A stretch of DNA of 64,000 nucleotides from the human T2T-CHM13v2.0 reference genome, Homo sapiens: the NCBI RefSeq assembly GCF_009914755.1, contig NC_060938.1, one strand, 5' to 3'. A program made the translations under genes and the position numbers. Shown piece after piece: positions 16,301-30,833 of this stretch (the first letter of the stretch is position 1; every line of letters begins with the position of its first letter). The notes under the pieces were generated by a model that was not told the DNA's origin, made no database searches, and saw only the letters and a list, made by a program, of their open reading frames with translations.

Positions 16301-18665
16301 TCTGCTTGGTCCTAAAGTGGCCCATGCTTCCCACCTGGTCCACATTGCCTCTGTCGCTTTAAGAGGCAAGCCCCGGGCCAGCAGAGGAGAGCTCAGTGGA
16401 GCTCTCTCAATGCGGGCCCCAGGGCACTCAGGCAATAACCCAGTTACATCCAAGCAACAGGAAAGGGGCGTCTGCCATGCTGTGTCTTCCCTTTCATTTC
16501 TCTGACCACTAACTGCTGATTTTATTGCTCCTTCCCATGTTATGATGGGGAAATTGCTCCTCTCCAAGGCACAGCTTCCCTCTGGCTCAGATCTGTGTCT
16601 TAGAGGCATCCTGTATATCTGCTCATGGACTGGAGGGCTCCTTGCCTCAGGACAGCTGTGATCTTGAGGCTTGGGAAGGCTGCCACAGCCAACCGACTGG
16701 GCCATTCTGTCCGCCAGAAAGTGGATGGGTGAGATGTGGAGACCAGGAGGACCAGGGCCTTGGCCCAGTGGGATGCAGAGGGCTCTGGTCTCGGCACCCT
16801 GCTGGAGTGGGGAGAACCCACCAGTCCCTTCCTGCTGGGATTTTTGTTTAGAAAGTGGCAGGCCACTAAATCTGGCCAACTGTGGGGGCTGCAGGGTATG
16901 GGACAGGGGCATGTCTAACTGCCCTCAAAAGTCCTGCAGAGAACCAACCCCGAGGGGCTAATCTGAGCCAGCACCCTCCGTGTTGGCCACTAAGAGCCTC
17001 TGCAGTGCTCTGGTGTTCTAGGGTTCTTGCTGGCTTGGAAATTTCCAGCCCATATACCTGGACTTGTAGTCCTAACGTAGGAACTGCCATTTTCAGATGA
17101 CCTTGAAGCTTCCTGAGCAATCTGTTCAGTGGAATTAATTCCTAAAGCTGGAGCTGCTTAGGGAGACATCGCAGACTTGCCAGGGGCTGCCAGCTCAGGC
17201 TTGGCACAGGAATGAAAAATAGGCCTCTCCCCAGTGAGCCAGGAGCAGCTCAGAAATCAGCCCATGACGGGATCAACCAGAACAAGCTCCAGCTGCAGTC
17301 AGAGCCACTGCCTGGAGCCAGCACAGCTAGAGGACTGGCCAGAGGTGGGCAGGGACCTGGCTGTGTCTGGCTGTCAGGAGTGACACACCACCCAAGCCCC
17401 ACAGTGCTGGCCAGGGACCTTCCTTCCTTTCCCTTCCCTTCCCTTCCCTGGGCTCCATGTGCTCTTCTGCACTGCAGCCCTCATGTCCTTTCCAATTCTA
17501 GGGGCCCGGCTTGCTCTCTCCTCCGGAGATCAAAGGCCTAACTCCTGAGGTTGGCATGGAGCTGTTGTCAGCACCAGCTGCGTCCAACCTTCCCTGGGTT
17601 CAGCCAGGCTTGTCTGTCAGCCAACGTGTTTCTGCAGGACGCAGCCCCAGCCCCCTCCTGCCTCCCAGCTGCTGTCGGTCAGCTTGGGGCCTTCCTGCTA
17701 GAGCCCTTGTCCATCTGCCTGAGGCCATAATGCACCCCATCCCTGCAGAGCCAAGCAGCCACACTGCCCCCAACCAGCAGCGCTGCCCAGCAGCACGCAG
17801 CTCCTGCTCCCAGCCATCAGCCTGCAGGAGGCAGATTCCAATGATGACATATTACCATATATTACCATATAACCTGCCACTCCCTGCCCCCATATCAAAC
17901 CCAACAAAACCCACCGAGTGATTGCTTGGTGCTGGATAGAGTGGGTAAGCGCAGGCCTGCTCTCAAAGAGCTCGGGGTCCAGTGCAAATCACCAACAGCG
18001 CTAAGCATTAAGGTCTCATTCCATCCTCTCTCACCTCCAGGAGCCAGCGCTGCTGGGGCTTGAGTTTCACAGACCAGATGACCCGCCTACAGGTAGCTAG
18101 CGGCAGAGCTGAGGCCTGCAGCTGTGCTGCGTGTGCCCTTGATACTGGGCCCTCTCCCCTCCCCTGTGTGTGGAGAGGATGCGCACACAGACTTCCACCT
18201 TCCCCAGCACTGGTGTTCCTGCAGCCACTATGGGTTGGGAGCCGGCTGGGGCTGAGCTTCAGAGAGCTGGGAAATCACTGAGGAAGTAACTTATTAGTCC
18301 CTTTCTTCAGACATAGATGAAGGCTGCCTCCCAAGCTGGTAATTATCATAATCAGGTGTTTTGTACAAATAGGATCTTGATGATGCACCAAATTGGCAAT
18401 AAGAGATTAAATTAAACCTGTTATTTCAAATGAGATAAAATGGACTTGGCCAGTTTCAGAGCAATTAGCATCTTCCTCGCTTTTGCCTTTAATTGCTGCC
18501 CAGGGGCTAAACACCTTGCCAGACCTCAAGGGCGCCTGTGCCAGAGCCCCGGAAGGCTCCTGTGTGCAAGGTTTCCTGCTGCAGCCTTGGTGTAGGAGGC
18601 CCTCAGCAGGGCCGGCCTGCACTATCCTCTGAGGCAGAAGCCTGCAGGACAGAAGCCACTTTGGA

Positions 18666-19016
<351 letters not shown>

Positions 19017-19997
19017 TCAAGAGCACATCACAGACCACTGCTTGTCCCTCTAACGGTACAGATACAGGGAGATAACGTCCCTGAAAGCATCCTTCCCAAG
19101 GAGAAGCCATTGCTGAAAAGAAGTCCTGTGGCCCAGCTCTGGGTGGGGGTCAGTTGGTCTACCTGGTTATTGCTTTTCCCCAGGCATAATGTTTTGGAAA
19201 TCAAGCATTCAGCAGCAGGGATGGAGGTGAACCACTCCAAGTGCTCTCTACGCCAGGGCATGGCTGATGGGCAGGCTCCCCTGCCGGTAGTGCTCTCAGC
19301 TTCTCTGAGCAGCAGTGCAGTGTTAGTGCAGAGAGCAGTGAGCTGTCCCTCACCACATCACAGCCGGCCTGGATTCTGCAGAGCCTGCTGGGCCACTCCA
19401 GGGCCACTGATGGGTAGGAAGTCTAGTGTCAGGGATGGTACTGGAGCACTTAAAGATCTTTCTGTTCTGCTCCTGGGTCAGAAACTCCACCATTACCCTT
19501 TGCAGGGGGTAGAGGTGGGCATGGGTGGCTTAAGGCAGTGTTGTCAGGTGGCCTCTCCAAAAACACAAGTAAACCTGGGAGGACAAATTCATGGATCACC
19601 AGGCTCTATTAAGTGTGCATGTGCAAGCCATTATGATCAATGTAGTGTATGTTTTGCTGACTGCAAAGTGCTTTTGACACCATCTTGTGTGACAGGTGCC
19701 ACATTAATTGAGGTGGCTTATCTCTAGCTCTGTTCCCCCACTAGGCTTTGCTGTGAGTGCCTGGAGGGCAGGGACTGGGTGAACCCCGGTCATCTCTGCA
19801 CCTCCAGGCCTGACACTGGGCAGGTGGCCAGTAACTTGGGGCAGAATGAATAAATGAGCAGACCCAGAAACTTGATGAGAGCAGCATACTGTTTAAAGCT
19901 ACCACAGACTGAGCGTGGGTCTGTCTGCCTGGTCCAGGGCCTGTGCTCTGACCCACCACAGCTTGCCATGGAGAGGGTGAAAGATTTTCTCAGCATC

Positions 19998-20303
<306 letters not shown>

Positions 20304-20824
20304 TTAGCATCTGCAAGTCAGCCACCGCTCATTGCAGCTGGTGGAGGTCAAACCTCACTGGTGGAGTGGGACCCCTTCTCCTCCAGAGGGAGTGAGGCCC
20401 AAAGGCAAGGGTGGTGGGGGCTGAGGACCAGGATCAGTGGCTTTTCCCACGGCTCAGCGCCCACCTGAGCTGCTGGGGCCACCTGAGTCAAACGGGCACC
20501 ACCACGACTTTTGAACAAAGTCATACAGCCTCCTCGTGGTGGGGTGTCAGGGACTGTGGTGGCAGCTTCTGGGGTGGAAAGCCCATCATCCCACCTTTGT
20601 CTCCCTTTGGGAAGATGACAGTGCTGCTGAGCTGGCTGTGGCCAGAGCTGCAGTTGTGCTGGCCACAGATGGCACACTGGGGGCTCAGGGTGTAGGTGAG
20701 GGGCCTGAAAGGTGCTACAGGCCCTGGCTGCTGCTGGTGGCTTCTGCATGGAGGGACCTGGCTGGCCACAGGGGAGGGGCACGTTGCTCTCTGGGACAGT
20801 GGAGTGTGGAGGTTGGGGGTGTGA

Positions 20825-21050
20825 GTCCTAGGCTCACCCCAGCAGACTGGGCTTGAATCCTAGCTCCACCGTTTACTTGGACAACATACTCTGAGTGTCA
20901 GATGCTTTATCTGCATAAGGGGGAGAAATACTAACCAAACGGGGGAGTTAGTTGGACTAACTCGTTTAGTAAGGACTAAATGAGGTCAGAGTTTGCAAGG
21001 CACTTAGCAGATCGCCCAGCATATTTGTACGCCTTCAGTGGGTGGCAGCT
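20825..21050 (+). mobile_element. MIR
   Basis: gactgggcttgaatcctagctccac...ctttatctgcataagggg...aggcacttagca. Confidence 0.65.
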
Positions 21051-21088
21051 CTCAGCAATATTAGGATTATGGCTGTTCTCATTACCAT

Positions 21089-21792
21089 TGTTAAACTAGA
21101 GATCATAAGACTGATGGAACAGACTCGCTGTGCAATAAGATACCAAATCATAAACCAGAACTAAGACCACGACAGGCAAGGGTTAAGTCACATATCCCTG
21201 AAAGAATACACCGCCTTCTAACTGCCACAAGGTTTTTCTTTTCTCTAGCAGCTAAACAAGCACTGGCCTCGAGATAAGCAATATTGAAACAATTGCAGCT
21301 CACCTACCCCAGACCCTAACTGAGCTCCCATTCCACAAGTTGCAACTGCAGCTTTGACGGGACAAGAGACCACCAACCACAGGCTGGTTCTGACTGGTTT
21401 AGTAAGAGGCTGAGCACTGTGTGTCTTCCTGCCCCTGCCTCATCTGTTGATGTATAGGACCGAACTGTAATGCACCTAAATGTTATGTCTCCACCCTAAA
21501 GTGAACATGGGATGCATGTAATTTGCGTATTTGCTTATCACACACATGCACACATCCCCCTTTTGTGAATATTCATAGCTCCTCCTATAACCTGTTGAAT
21601 ATGTATACTTGGCCAACCAGTTCCACATAAATCCCTGTTCCACCCTCCCCTCTCTCAAAGTGCTTGCTTTTGGTCTCTGCCTGAGGCTACATTTCCCAGC
21701 CAGTCAAGATGGCCACCCTGAAGGCTGCAATCCTTTGTAAGAAATGAAGTCTCTTCTGCAAATGTATGAACCTACTGATTCCTCAGTTGACA
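21089..21792 (+). mobile_element. Solo ERV1 LTR, MER39-like
   Basis: TG...CA termini, ~700 bp, near-TSD ccat/ctat. Recognised motifs caataagataccaaat, ggcaagggttaagtcac, ctctagcagctaaacaagcactggcctcgagataagcaatat, gaatattcatagctcctcctataacc. Confidence 0.8.
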
Positions 21793-24700
21793 CTATTAGT
21801 GACTCCGAGAGGAGGGGGGGCCCTTCCGTGATGCCAGTAGTTGGCTGACTCTTCACCTCCATCTCCCTCTTTAACAGCAAGGACCACCATGATTTGTCTT
21901 TGCATGTACGGCACCTGGAGTGGGCCTGGTACAGAAGAGGCTCTTGGGGAATGCTTGCTGGATAGATGGAGGGATGGAGGAGGGATGGTGTGGGATGCTG
22001 TGGGGTAGTAGGGAAGGAGAAGTCCCAAAGAAAGCTCTGGCCTCAGGTCACCCTTGTCTATGCTCCCAAGTCAGGCCAGCATACTCAGAGCCTCCTCTCC
22101 TTACAGAGCATTAGCATGATGGTCTCTGGGGGATGCGAGCACCCCCTGGGAGAAGATGCCCTGCTCCCAGCTGAGCCCAGTGGGCTGTATGGCTTCCCCT
22201 CAGGCTATTTGCTCGTACACCACAGATCTGACACTGCTCTCTAAGAAAATCCCAGAACCCACCCGCAGAGCCAACACTCTTACAGAGGAGAAAACAGAGG
22301 GCCAGAGAGGAGAACAGCCTTGCTGAAGGCCTTGACCCTGCTGGACACAGAGTGGGGCTAGACAGCAGGCTCCTGAAGGGCTGAGTCTGGAAAGCCTGGT
22401 GCAGGGCCTGGCCCAGGGCCAGCCTCCAAGTTTTAGACTCCGATTACAGTGTTCCAACTCTGCCCTTGACCCTAGCTGCTTTCTGCTTGTCCTGTCAGGG
22501 GCTATGTCCATGGTAGACCAGGCTTTCTGGAAGCCCACCAGGCCTCTAAGAGTGGGTTCCCTGACCTGAGGAAAATGAGGACCCCACAAGAGCTCCAGCC
22601 CCTTCCCATAAGCTGCAGCACAGTTGGTCTGGCCGTCTGCATTCGCTGAAATGTAGGCATGAAATGAGAAACACCAGCACATGTGAGTCACCACTTCTCG
22701 GGAATTTGAATTTTCCTTCTAGAGGATGCCATTGATCAGAGGGAAGCAGGGTGGCAGCGGTAGTGTTTTCAAAAATATTTTTCTTTTAAATCAAAATATA
22801 AATAGACTGCAAACCAGTACCACTCTGAGAAGCCCACAGGAGACTGGCTTTGAAAGGGTTTCCTTGGAGCAGCTCAGGAACACAGAGCTGAGGGCTGCCC
22901 TGCCTCCTTTCCTCCCGGGCGGCCCTTTCTTCTCTGGCAAGTGTCAGAGGCACTGTCAGTTTTGAGTACAAGCATTTTGTGGGTGCAGCTGAGGGGGCAG
23001 CCCTGAGCCCCACCCCGCTTTCCAACAATGCCTTGAAAAGGAACTGAAAACATGCGTGGGTGGGGTGGGGGCTGTGCCAGCTTTTCCACCTGGATTCTAG
23101 AAGCTCTGGGCGAGGCCTGGTCTCTATGGGGCTCTGTTTTGTGTTTCATTTCTGTTTGTTCTCAGTGCTTAGAAATGGCACCAGTTTGCCAGGGGGCCAA
23201 GTGTGTGTGTCTTGGCTAATGACACCAGCCAGAAGGCTGGCCTCCCCAGGCCAGAAGCTCCACAGGGGCCAGGTCCTGGTGTTCTGGCTGAGGGGAGGCA
23301 TCCCCAGCCCCACAGCCCCACACCTCCTGCACACCTCTGCCCGTCAGAGCTCCACCGTGGGGTGGGACTCACACGCTGCCACTCACTCAGCCCCTCACCG
23401 GGCCAGTCAAGAGCAAGTTGAAGGACCTTCTGGGCACCAGGCAGGCCCACCTTCCTGTCAGCAGGTCACAAGTTCTGGGCAGGGGCAGGTGTGGGGCTGG
23501 TTTACTCATCTGGCCCATTTTACTCAGCACTGACCCAGTTTCCCCAAAGGCCAACCCTAGGTCTTCCTGACAGCCCGTGCCCATCTAAGCCTCATACACA
23601 GCAGGTGGCCGGAGCCTGCACAAGGCCCTCTCCCCAGTGACATGATGGCTGCTGCTGTCACCAGGTGGCCTCCAATCCTGCCCACCCCCAGGCTCTCAGG
23701 TGGGGATAGAACATTCGTGTGGCCACTTCACCTCCAGATCCACAAAGGCCGCTGACGTGCTGGTCCAGGAACCCACACAGAAGGGCAGTGCAGGAGGAGG
23801 GAAGGTACCTGCAGTGTGGCTCCTGGGGACATGCTGCCTTAAGAAGGGCGTCCTTCTGACAGAAGCCAGCTCAGATGAAGGAGGAGAGCTCCAGAAGATG
23901 TGAGCGGGAGCCTGGCCCCCAGGCCGGACACCTTTTCCCTTGGGCCTGGGGTCGAACACGGAAGGCAAATCTCCTCCAGTCCCCATGGCTGCCACCTCCC
24001 TGCTCAAATGTCAGAACCGAAACGGGGTGGCTGCTTCCTCACTCCCTTCAAGTTAGCCAAACAAACGCCCCCAGTTACCAGCAGCCAGTCCCAGTCAGAC
24101 ATAGGGGTGTGGAGCCCCAGAGAAAAGACTGAGGCCCAAAGAACCTCAGGAAGGGGAGTGATGCTTTTGTCTGGGGCAGGGACGGGGCCTGTGGTCTAGG
24201 CGCAGGCCAGATGCCCCCAGGGGGCTCTTCCTCAGGGAGTGTGCCGAGTATTCCAGGAGGGAGCAGGGGAGACCCCCAGCATGCCCTCTCAGAGCACTGG
24301 GGGGACCAAGGGCTGCAGCACAGCCAGAGGCAGCCCCAGGTGCAGCACCTCTGCTCACCCGGAACAGCTGATGGCGGCAGGGGCTGCGCTATCATGGGGC
24401 CCCTTTTCCAGGTCAGACATTTTATCTGGAGAAATGCACCTTCTGGGGTTTAGGCCTTTCCAGCATTGAACTCAACTCAGAAGGAAAAATACTCATTTTT
24501 TCAAAAAAACCTCTTATTTTTCTAAGCCAACTGCCAACCAGCTATGGAAGCAGAACTCCTCAGGGTTTGGGGGATGCCTGGGCCTCGGCTCTCCGATGCA
24601 CAGCCCCTGCTGCTGTCCCTCATGGGCAGCACCCCCTCCAGGGACCAGGAGCTTGTGATTTCCCCGGGCAGCCCACACCATGAGAGGACAGTCTGAACTG

Positions 24701-27700
24701 TTGGTTAAATGTGGAGCCCTCATTGTCCTTTTCATCGAATCCCCACACTTTGAAGTTCTCTGAGTCTTCTGGAACCACGTGGAAAAGCCCCGTTCTCTTT
24801 CCACTTGATGGGCCTTCAGGATAGGAAGAAAGCTTCCAGAACAGCGCACGCTCCCTCTCTGGGGCCTTGGAGGCATGGCGGATTCAGACCTCCCGCCCAC
24901 TCTCCCCACCTCCCTGAATTCTGCTGCTTAACATAGCTCCTCGAAGGAGACCTGGCTGTGGGTCCAGATGAAGGCTCCGTTAAGCCCCAGGAAAATATGA
25001 GCACGGCTTTGACTTTTGTCTTCTTTTTAAAGCGTCTGACTGGCAGAATCTCTTAAAGCTGCTTTCTTCCAGGATGATCTGGAATATTCTGGAGGAGCTT
25101 ATTCTGCAATTAGCAGTGCAGAGTAATGGGCTGTCAGGCAGTAAACGCCAGCACCTAGGGTGCTGGCAGCCTGGCCAGAAGCCAAAGGGCTTGATCAGCC
25201 TTGCGTGAATCTCACAGACTTGGCCCCCCATTTCCCCTTGGCCTAATTTCTTTGAAACTGGGTGCTTCAGCATTGGTGCTGACATATCCACAGACTGTGG
25301 TGGCTTTTAGAGAACCGTTGCTGGCAATCGGTGGGACATCCGGAGACGGACCGCAGCCCATCTGCCAGCAGCTTCTGAGCCCCAAAGCCCCACAGTCCCC
25401 CACCCACTCTGCGGCAGGTGTCCAGAGGGTGGTCGGGGTTGCAGTGAGCAGGGCATTAGAGCATTCCCCAAAGGACCAGCCATCCTATTTGACAGGAGGG
25501 CAAACAGAAGCCCGGAGAGGGTAAGTGTCCTGCCAAGAGCACGGACGTGAGTAAGGAACAGCATCCGGGTGTTCGGGTTCCGGGGGTGGGGCTTTGTTCA
25601 CTCTGCTCCAACCAAAGCCATTTCTAGTTCTTTCCTCCCCTCTACAAACACTCGTTGAGCGCCTGTGGGTGTTCTGGCACCAATGTCCTGGTGCTGTGCC
25701 AGGTGCGGGGAACTCAGTGGCACAGGCTGTCACTCGAGCCACGCTCTTGCCCTCGCTCAAGGCTTGGGACTGGAGGGGCTGGTTTGCTGTGGGTCCTGCC
25801 CCAGAGCCTCAGTCATTCATGTGTGTAGTCCCAGCATCTGCCACAGAGCAAGGCTTATTGGCAGGAGGATGAGGGAGGACATTTCAAAAGAGACAATATG
25901 ATGCTCTCCCCACTTTGAACAAAGAAGAAGGCGGAAGCTCAGGGTCAGGGTGCTGGTTCATGGCCACACAGCTGAAGAGAAGGAGCTGAAACTTCAAATA
26001 GGATCTGATGTTTCTGCTCCAAAAGCTTCCTGTGAACAGAGGTCTCATTCTTCCTGGAGTGGATCGACTCTTAGTGATCACATCTGAATGATGTGGCGCA
26101 GGCTCCTAGCTCTCGGCAGCCCTGCCTGGGAGGTTGTAGTGGTGACAGGGTACCTCACTCCAGGTCAGGAGAAGGAGGGCAAGTACCTGGTTCAGTTACC
26201 AAGCCAGGTAGACGTCAGGTGTCAGAACCTAGGTTTTGTGAAGACCCGCTTAGGTCTCTTTGCTCCATGGCAGACTACTGAGATCTCTAGAGAGGGTAGC
26301 AGGCATTTAGGGACCAGGAAACACATTCCAACAGTCCTTCCCTGATGGTCAGCTGACCCTGGACCCCACGGCTCAGCACTCCCTACACCAACCTGGGGGA
26401 GAAGCTCCGAGGACATGAGAGTGACGCAGCCGACTTCCCTGCTGTTCTCTGTCAGTCTGCCTGGCACTGCAGGCCCTTCCTCTACCTGGCGGCTGCCAGA
26501 TTCCGGGTGAGCCAGACCACGGGCTCTTGGGACCCAGGTGACATAAGAGGACCTAGGGAAGGGGGGGGTGTTTGATGGGGATGTCTCCCTCTGGGTGACC
26601 TGAAGAATGGCTGCCCTATCGCGTGCACGCTGAGGGGTGCAGGAGGGTAATCTAAAAAGCAGACCCTTCACAGTCTGGATTCTGCTGGGAGGACAGGATG
26701 GCATGGGGACAGCACGGCTCCCTTCCCTGCAACCTGCACCAGCGCCATTCTGCCGACTGTGTCTCCAGCCCAGCCGCCTAACCCAGAGTCCTTTTCCTTG
26801 CCCTTGGGATTAATGGTGTGGTGATTTTGCGAGTCAGGAAAGAGAGGGAGAAATGGCTGTGAGAACAGAAGGATGACTTGACCTCAACATCAGTCATCTC
26901 TCAGCTCCTCTCTGACTTCAGCTCTGGAGAGACCAAGGGAGGCATCTGCCTTCTCCTTGGAAAAGAGCACGAAGGCAAGCTGAGAGCTGCCTTTGCCTAG
27001 CCCTGGGAGTGGAATAACTTGGTCACACTTGTGTCCATGCACCTGGGTGCTGCTGCTGGTAGGGTCACCGGGGACCCGTCAGGGGAGGGTGATGGGGAAT
27101 CCCGGTGCCCCGGGGTCCACATGAGCTCCCTGCCGGCTGCAGCCTAAGGCACAGCACTCAGAAATTCAGCAAACACACTCACAGGAGCGCCAGCGCAAGC
27201 ACCTCCGGCGCGCCGCGTGGTGCACTGACCTAATTGAAAGTGTCAGGCCAGCAAGTCCCACGTAACATCAAAGGACAGTCAGCGAGAAAGGAAGGACAGG
27301 TCCACTGGCGGCAGCGCTGGCTGGGTGGGGGCCCCGTGGGGGCGGAGAGGAGACAGGAGGAAGCCTTGGGGTCCCCAGCAATATGTGGGGATGCCAGGCA
27401 TCCCCCCTACCCTGAAGCCTGGGCAGTCCTTGGTAACATTCCAGAGTCTCCAGCCTCCCCTCCCCCATCTGCCGTTTAAATCACGTGCTTTGAGGCAGTG
27501 AGTTTTAGCTCAGAGGCTGGCTGGAACGTGGCGGTAGCTGTCAGCTCATAGGAGGGGGGAAGCTTGGGTCCTGCTGCTGGGGGGCCTGCTGCATGCCAGC
27601 CAGGGTCTTCTGTGGGTGCTAACACAGCCCCTCTTGCTGGTACTTTTCCACTGGTAATGGGCAAGAGACTCCTGTTCACTTATTTCTACATTTCCCTGGT

Positions 27701-30700
27701 TGACTTATTTATTTTTACCTATCTTCCCCAACAAGAAGTCAGGCAGAAACCAACAGCACAGAGCAGCCTGGAAGCTGGCACTCCCCCATGGCCCGACTGA
27801 TCCTCGTGGTGGAAAGTTTAGTGCTAATCACCCCCTAAAGACCCCTCCTGCCCTCTGGGGAAGCCAGTGCCCCTGCACTTTGGGGAAGGTGGCACTGTGC
27901 CCCAGGCCATGTGCGCCAGGCCAGGGAGATGCAGGCATCAGGGATACTCTGAGGGAACTTGGCCCTGCTGCAGGCACAGGCTTCCCCTGGGGTCCTGGGA
28001 CCACTGCCTCCACAGGGGAGAATAGCAGGCCCAGGCAGAGGCTGAGCTCCCCCAGAAGCCAGGGAACGGGGGGGACATGGGCAGGGCTATGACCCCAGGG
28101 CTCTGGCGAGGGAAGCGTCAGACCTGGAAGTGTTGGAGGGTCTCCATGGTCAGAAAGCCATTCCCATGCGGCCACTGCAGTGCTGCACGGGGAGGCTTCC
28201 TGGGAGCCCCACGGCCTGAGACAGGGGGTCCTAGAAACTCTGACCCCACTCTTTCCCAAAGACCCTGACAGAGCCCCATCTGCCCTCTGCTTCTACCTGT
28301 CCTCAGGTGGGGTGGGGCGGGGCTCATCCCTTTGCGAGGGCCTCACTGTACTCAGGGCTGATCTTTTATCACTGAACACTGGCAGCAAAGGCCTGTCCCC
28401 AGTTATCTCAGCGAGAGGGCTGAAGGTATGCTCCCCCTGCAGGAGAGCAGGGCTGGGAGAAGTCACGTGGGGCAGAGGGCCACGCTCCCACCCCTGCTGT
28501 GTGACCTCCATCAACTGCCACTTAGGCAGAGGCTTCTCTCTCAGCCTCAGTGTTCTAATCAAGAAAATGAAGCAGCAAATTCTAGGGTTTGATCTCCAGC
28601 TGAAAATTCTGGGGTTTGATGAAATCTTCCACCCAAGGAATATTTGTTGGAGCACCTACTATATCCTTAGTGTGTATCTGTTCTTCTAGGACTTGAGTGG
28701 CAGCAGCCAACGCAGCCAGGGAGGGCTTCCTGGAGGAGGGTCCTTGGCAACTCAGCCTGCAGGAGCAGAGGCCTGGCTGGAGTCTCCACCTCCAGCAGCA
28801 ACACTGAGCTCAAACAAGATGGCAGCCCTGGAACCCCATTCCCTGCCTATGCTCGGGGGGAGAGGGGGAAGCGCCCCTGCTCTGGTGCTGCCTGGGGTGT
28901 GGGGACCACGGGCTCACTGAGCAGTGCAGCCCAACTTTCTCCCTGACTCTCTAAAGGCAGGCAGCGGAGTGGAGTGGTGACAGACGATGGGCTAGTGGGG
29001 AGTTCTGGAAGGCGACTGGATTTACAGGAAACTCTGGAAAGCTCAAAAATACCAATGGTGCAGAGGAGAAGAGCTGCCAGGCTCCTGAAGACAGGCGCTC
29101 ATCGCTGCATCTCCTGACACCTGTGTGGTCCTGAGGACCCAGTAGACACTCAATAAGTGGTCCTTGGCTAAAAGTCACTGCAGTCCCCGGCACATTCTTG
29201 GTATACCGTCGGCACTCGATAGATGAGTATGGAAGGGGTATTATTTCCCAGCTGTGCTGCAGCCACGCCTGCCGTCCAGCCCAGGGTCCACTTGGGAAGG
29301 CCAGCCTCCGTGCCAGGGTGCCCCTCTGGCCTGGCATGGCTGCCTGGGTGGGGGATGGCAGGTGGTCCTCAGCAAGGCTGCCAGACCCTGGCCGTGAAGT
29401 CCACCTGGGGAGGTAAGCCCCGTCTAGATCTCCATGGAGAGTGCCGGCTACACAAACAGCTGCCAGGACGACCCCAGGCCAAAGTCCCAGCTTCAACACA
29501 CAGGGGGCTGAGAGGATGGGCTCTGCTTTAGGGCTGCGCCCACCAAGCCCACCCCGGGCGCTGCTCTGCAGCAGCTGGAGAGGAAGTGTTTTTTCCACAC
29601 CGCTGTGTGACACAAAGGCCGGATAGTTCACTACCTGCCACGGCGAGTCCGGTCATTTTGGTGAGTGGCTTCCCCCATCACTGCCAGGGTTTGGCATTCA
29701 CTATTTTTCCATTTTTAAATAGGAACAAACATAAATGATAAAACACCTTCTGATGAAGGGAGGCCTGGAACTGATAGGCCTTGGAAAATTTTTTTCCACA
29801 AATAACAAGAGAATTCACAGCCCCAAAGGGCGGGGTCTCCCCGGCCAGCGCTCCTCTGCCCTGCCGGCCTCTGTTCACACTGCAGGGCGATTCTAGTGCA
29901 TTAGCGCCGACAAACACTGGTTAGCAAGGAAAACAGAAACGGGCGGCTTGCCAGAAATGGGGACCTTCACTCCTGGAGTTTTTTACAAACTTTCTCCCCA
30001 GGGCCCCCAGGGCTTGGCCCCAAACTCAGGCCCAGGGCTGGAGCAGAGGTGACAGCAGACAGGCAGGGAACACTGTAGGGGAGCAACTGCCGCCTGGAAA
30101 CTGCATAGGGGCGCGGAAATGATGCTTGGGTGACGGCAGAGACCCAGCCTGGCACCTTCTTTCTTCACACAACTGAGCTCTTATCAGTTACCACTTCAAT
30201 ATGGAATAATTCAGTATCAAGAATAGAGCCATTTCCTCAAAACCTCCAGTCAGCTGTGACGGGCAGGGCACAGTGATGTGACCGCTTACCCAGGCCGGGC
30301 AAACGCGGAGCTTGGAGGATCCACCCGGCCACCTGCCATGTATGGGTCAGTTAACAAGGAGCATCTCCAAGTCTCCTCAGAAGCCAGAAGCCCTTGCAGG
30401 GGTTCACAGAATGGGTCCAGGGGCAGGGGCTAAACAATGACTTGGAGGGAGACCAGGGAATTGGAAGAGTAAAAGCAACAGCACATATTGCTTCTGCAGT
30501 GCTCGCAGGAGTCTTTGCGAATGCAGTGGCGGTTCTGTGCCCAGGGGGCCACAGAGGTGGCTGCTTACAGCCAGAGGGCACTGGCGGGGCAGCTCTGGCT
30601 TCTCAGGAGCTGAGGAGATCAGCCTCCCTGCAACCCATCTGGGCACCCCTTGGCTCTCAGATTGGGACACTAGGTGGAAAAGTAGGCCCTTTCCTTCTCT

Positions 30701-30780
30701 AGAGAACGGGGAAGAGGCAGATCTGTTACGAGGCCCTAAAGCCCACCCTACATGGACTCGTGGTGGGAGCCTCTGTGCTA

Positions 30781-30833
30781 CACACACAATTCTCACAACA
30801 CACACGATTCTCACAACACACACGATTCTCACA
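30781..30833. repeat. 18-bp tandem repeat x3 (cacacacgattctcacaa)
   Basis: Directly visible. Confidence 0.9.
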
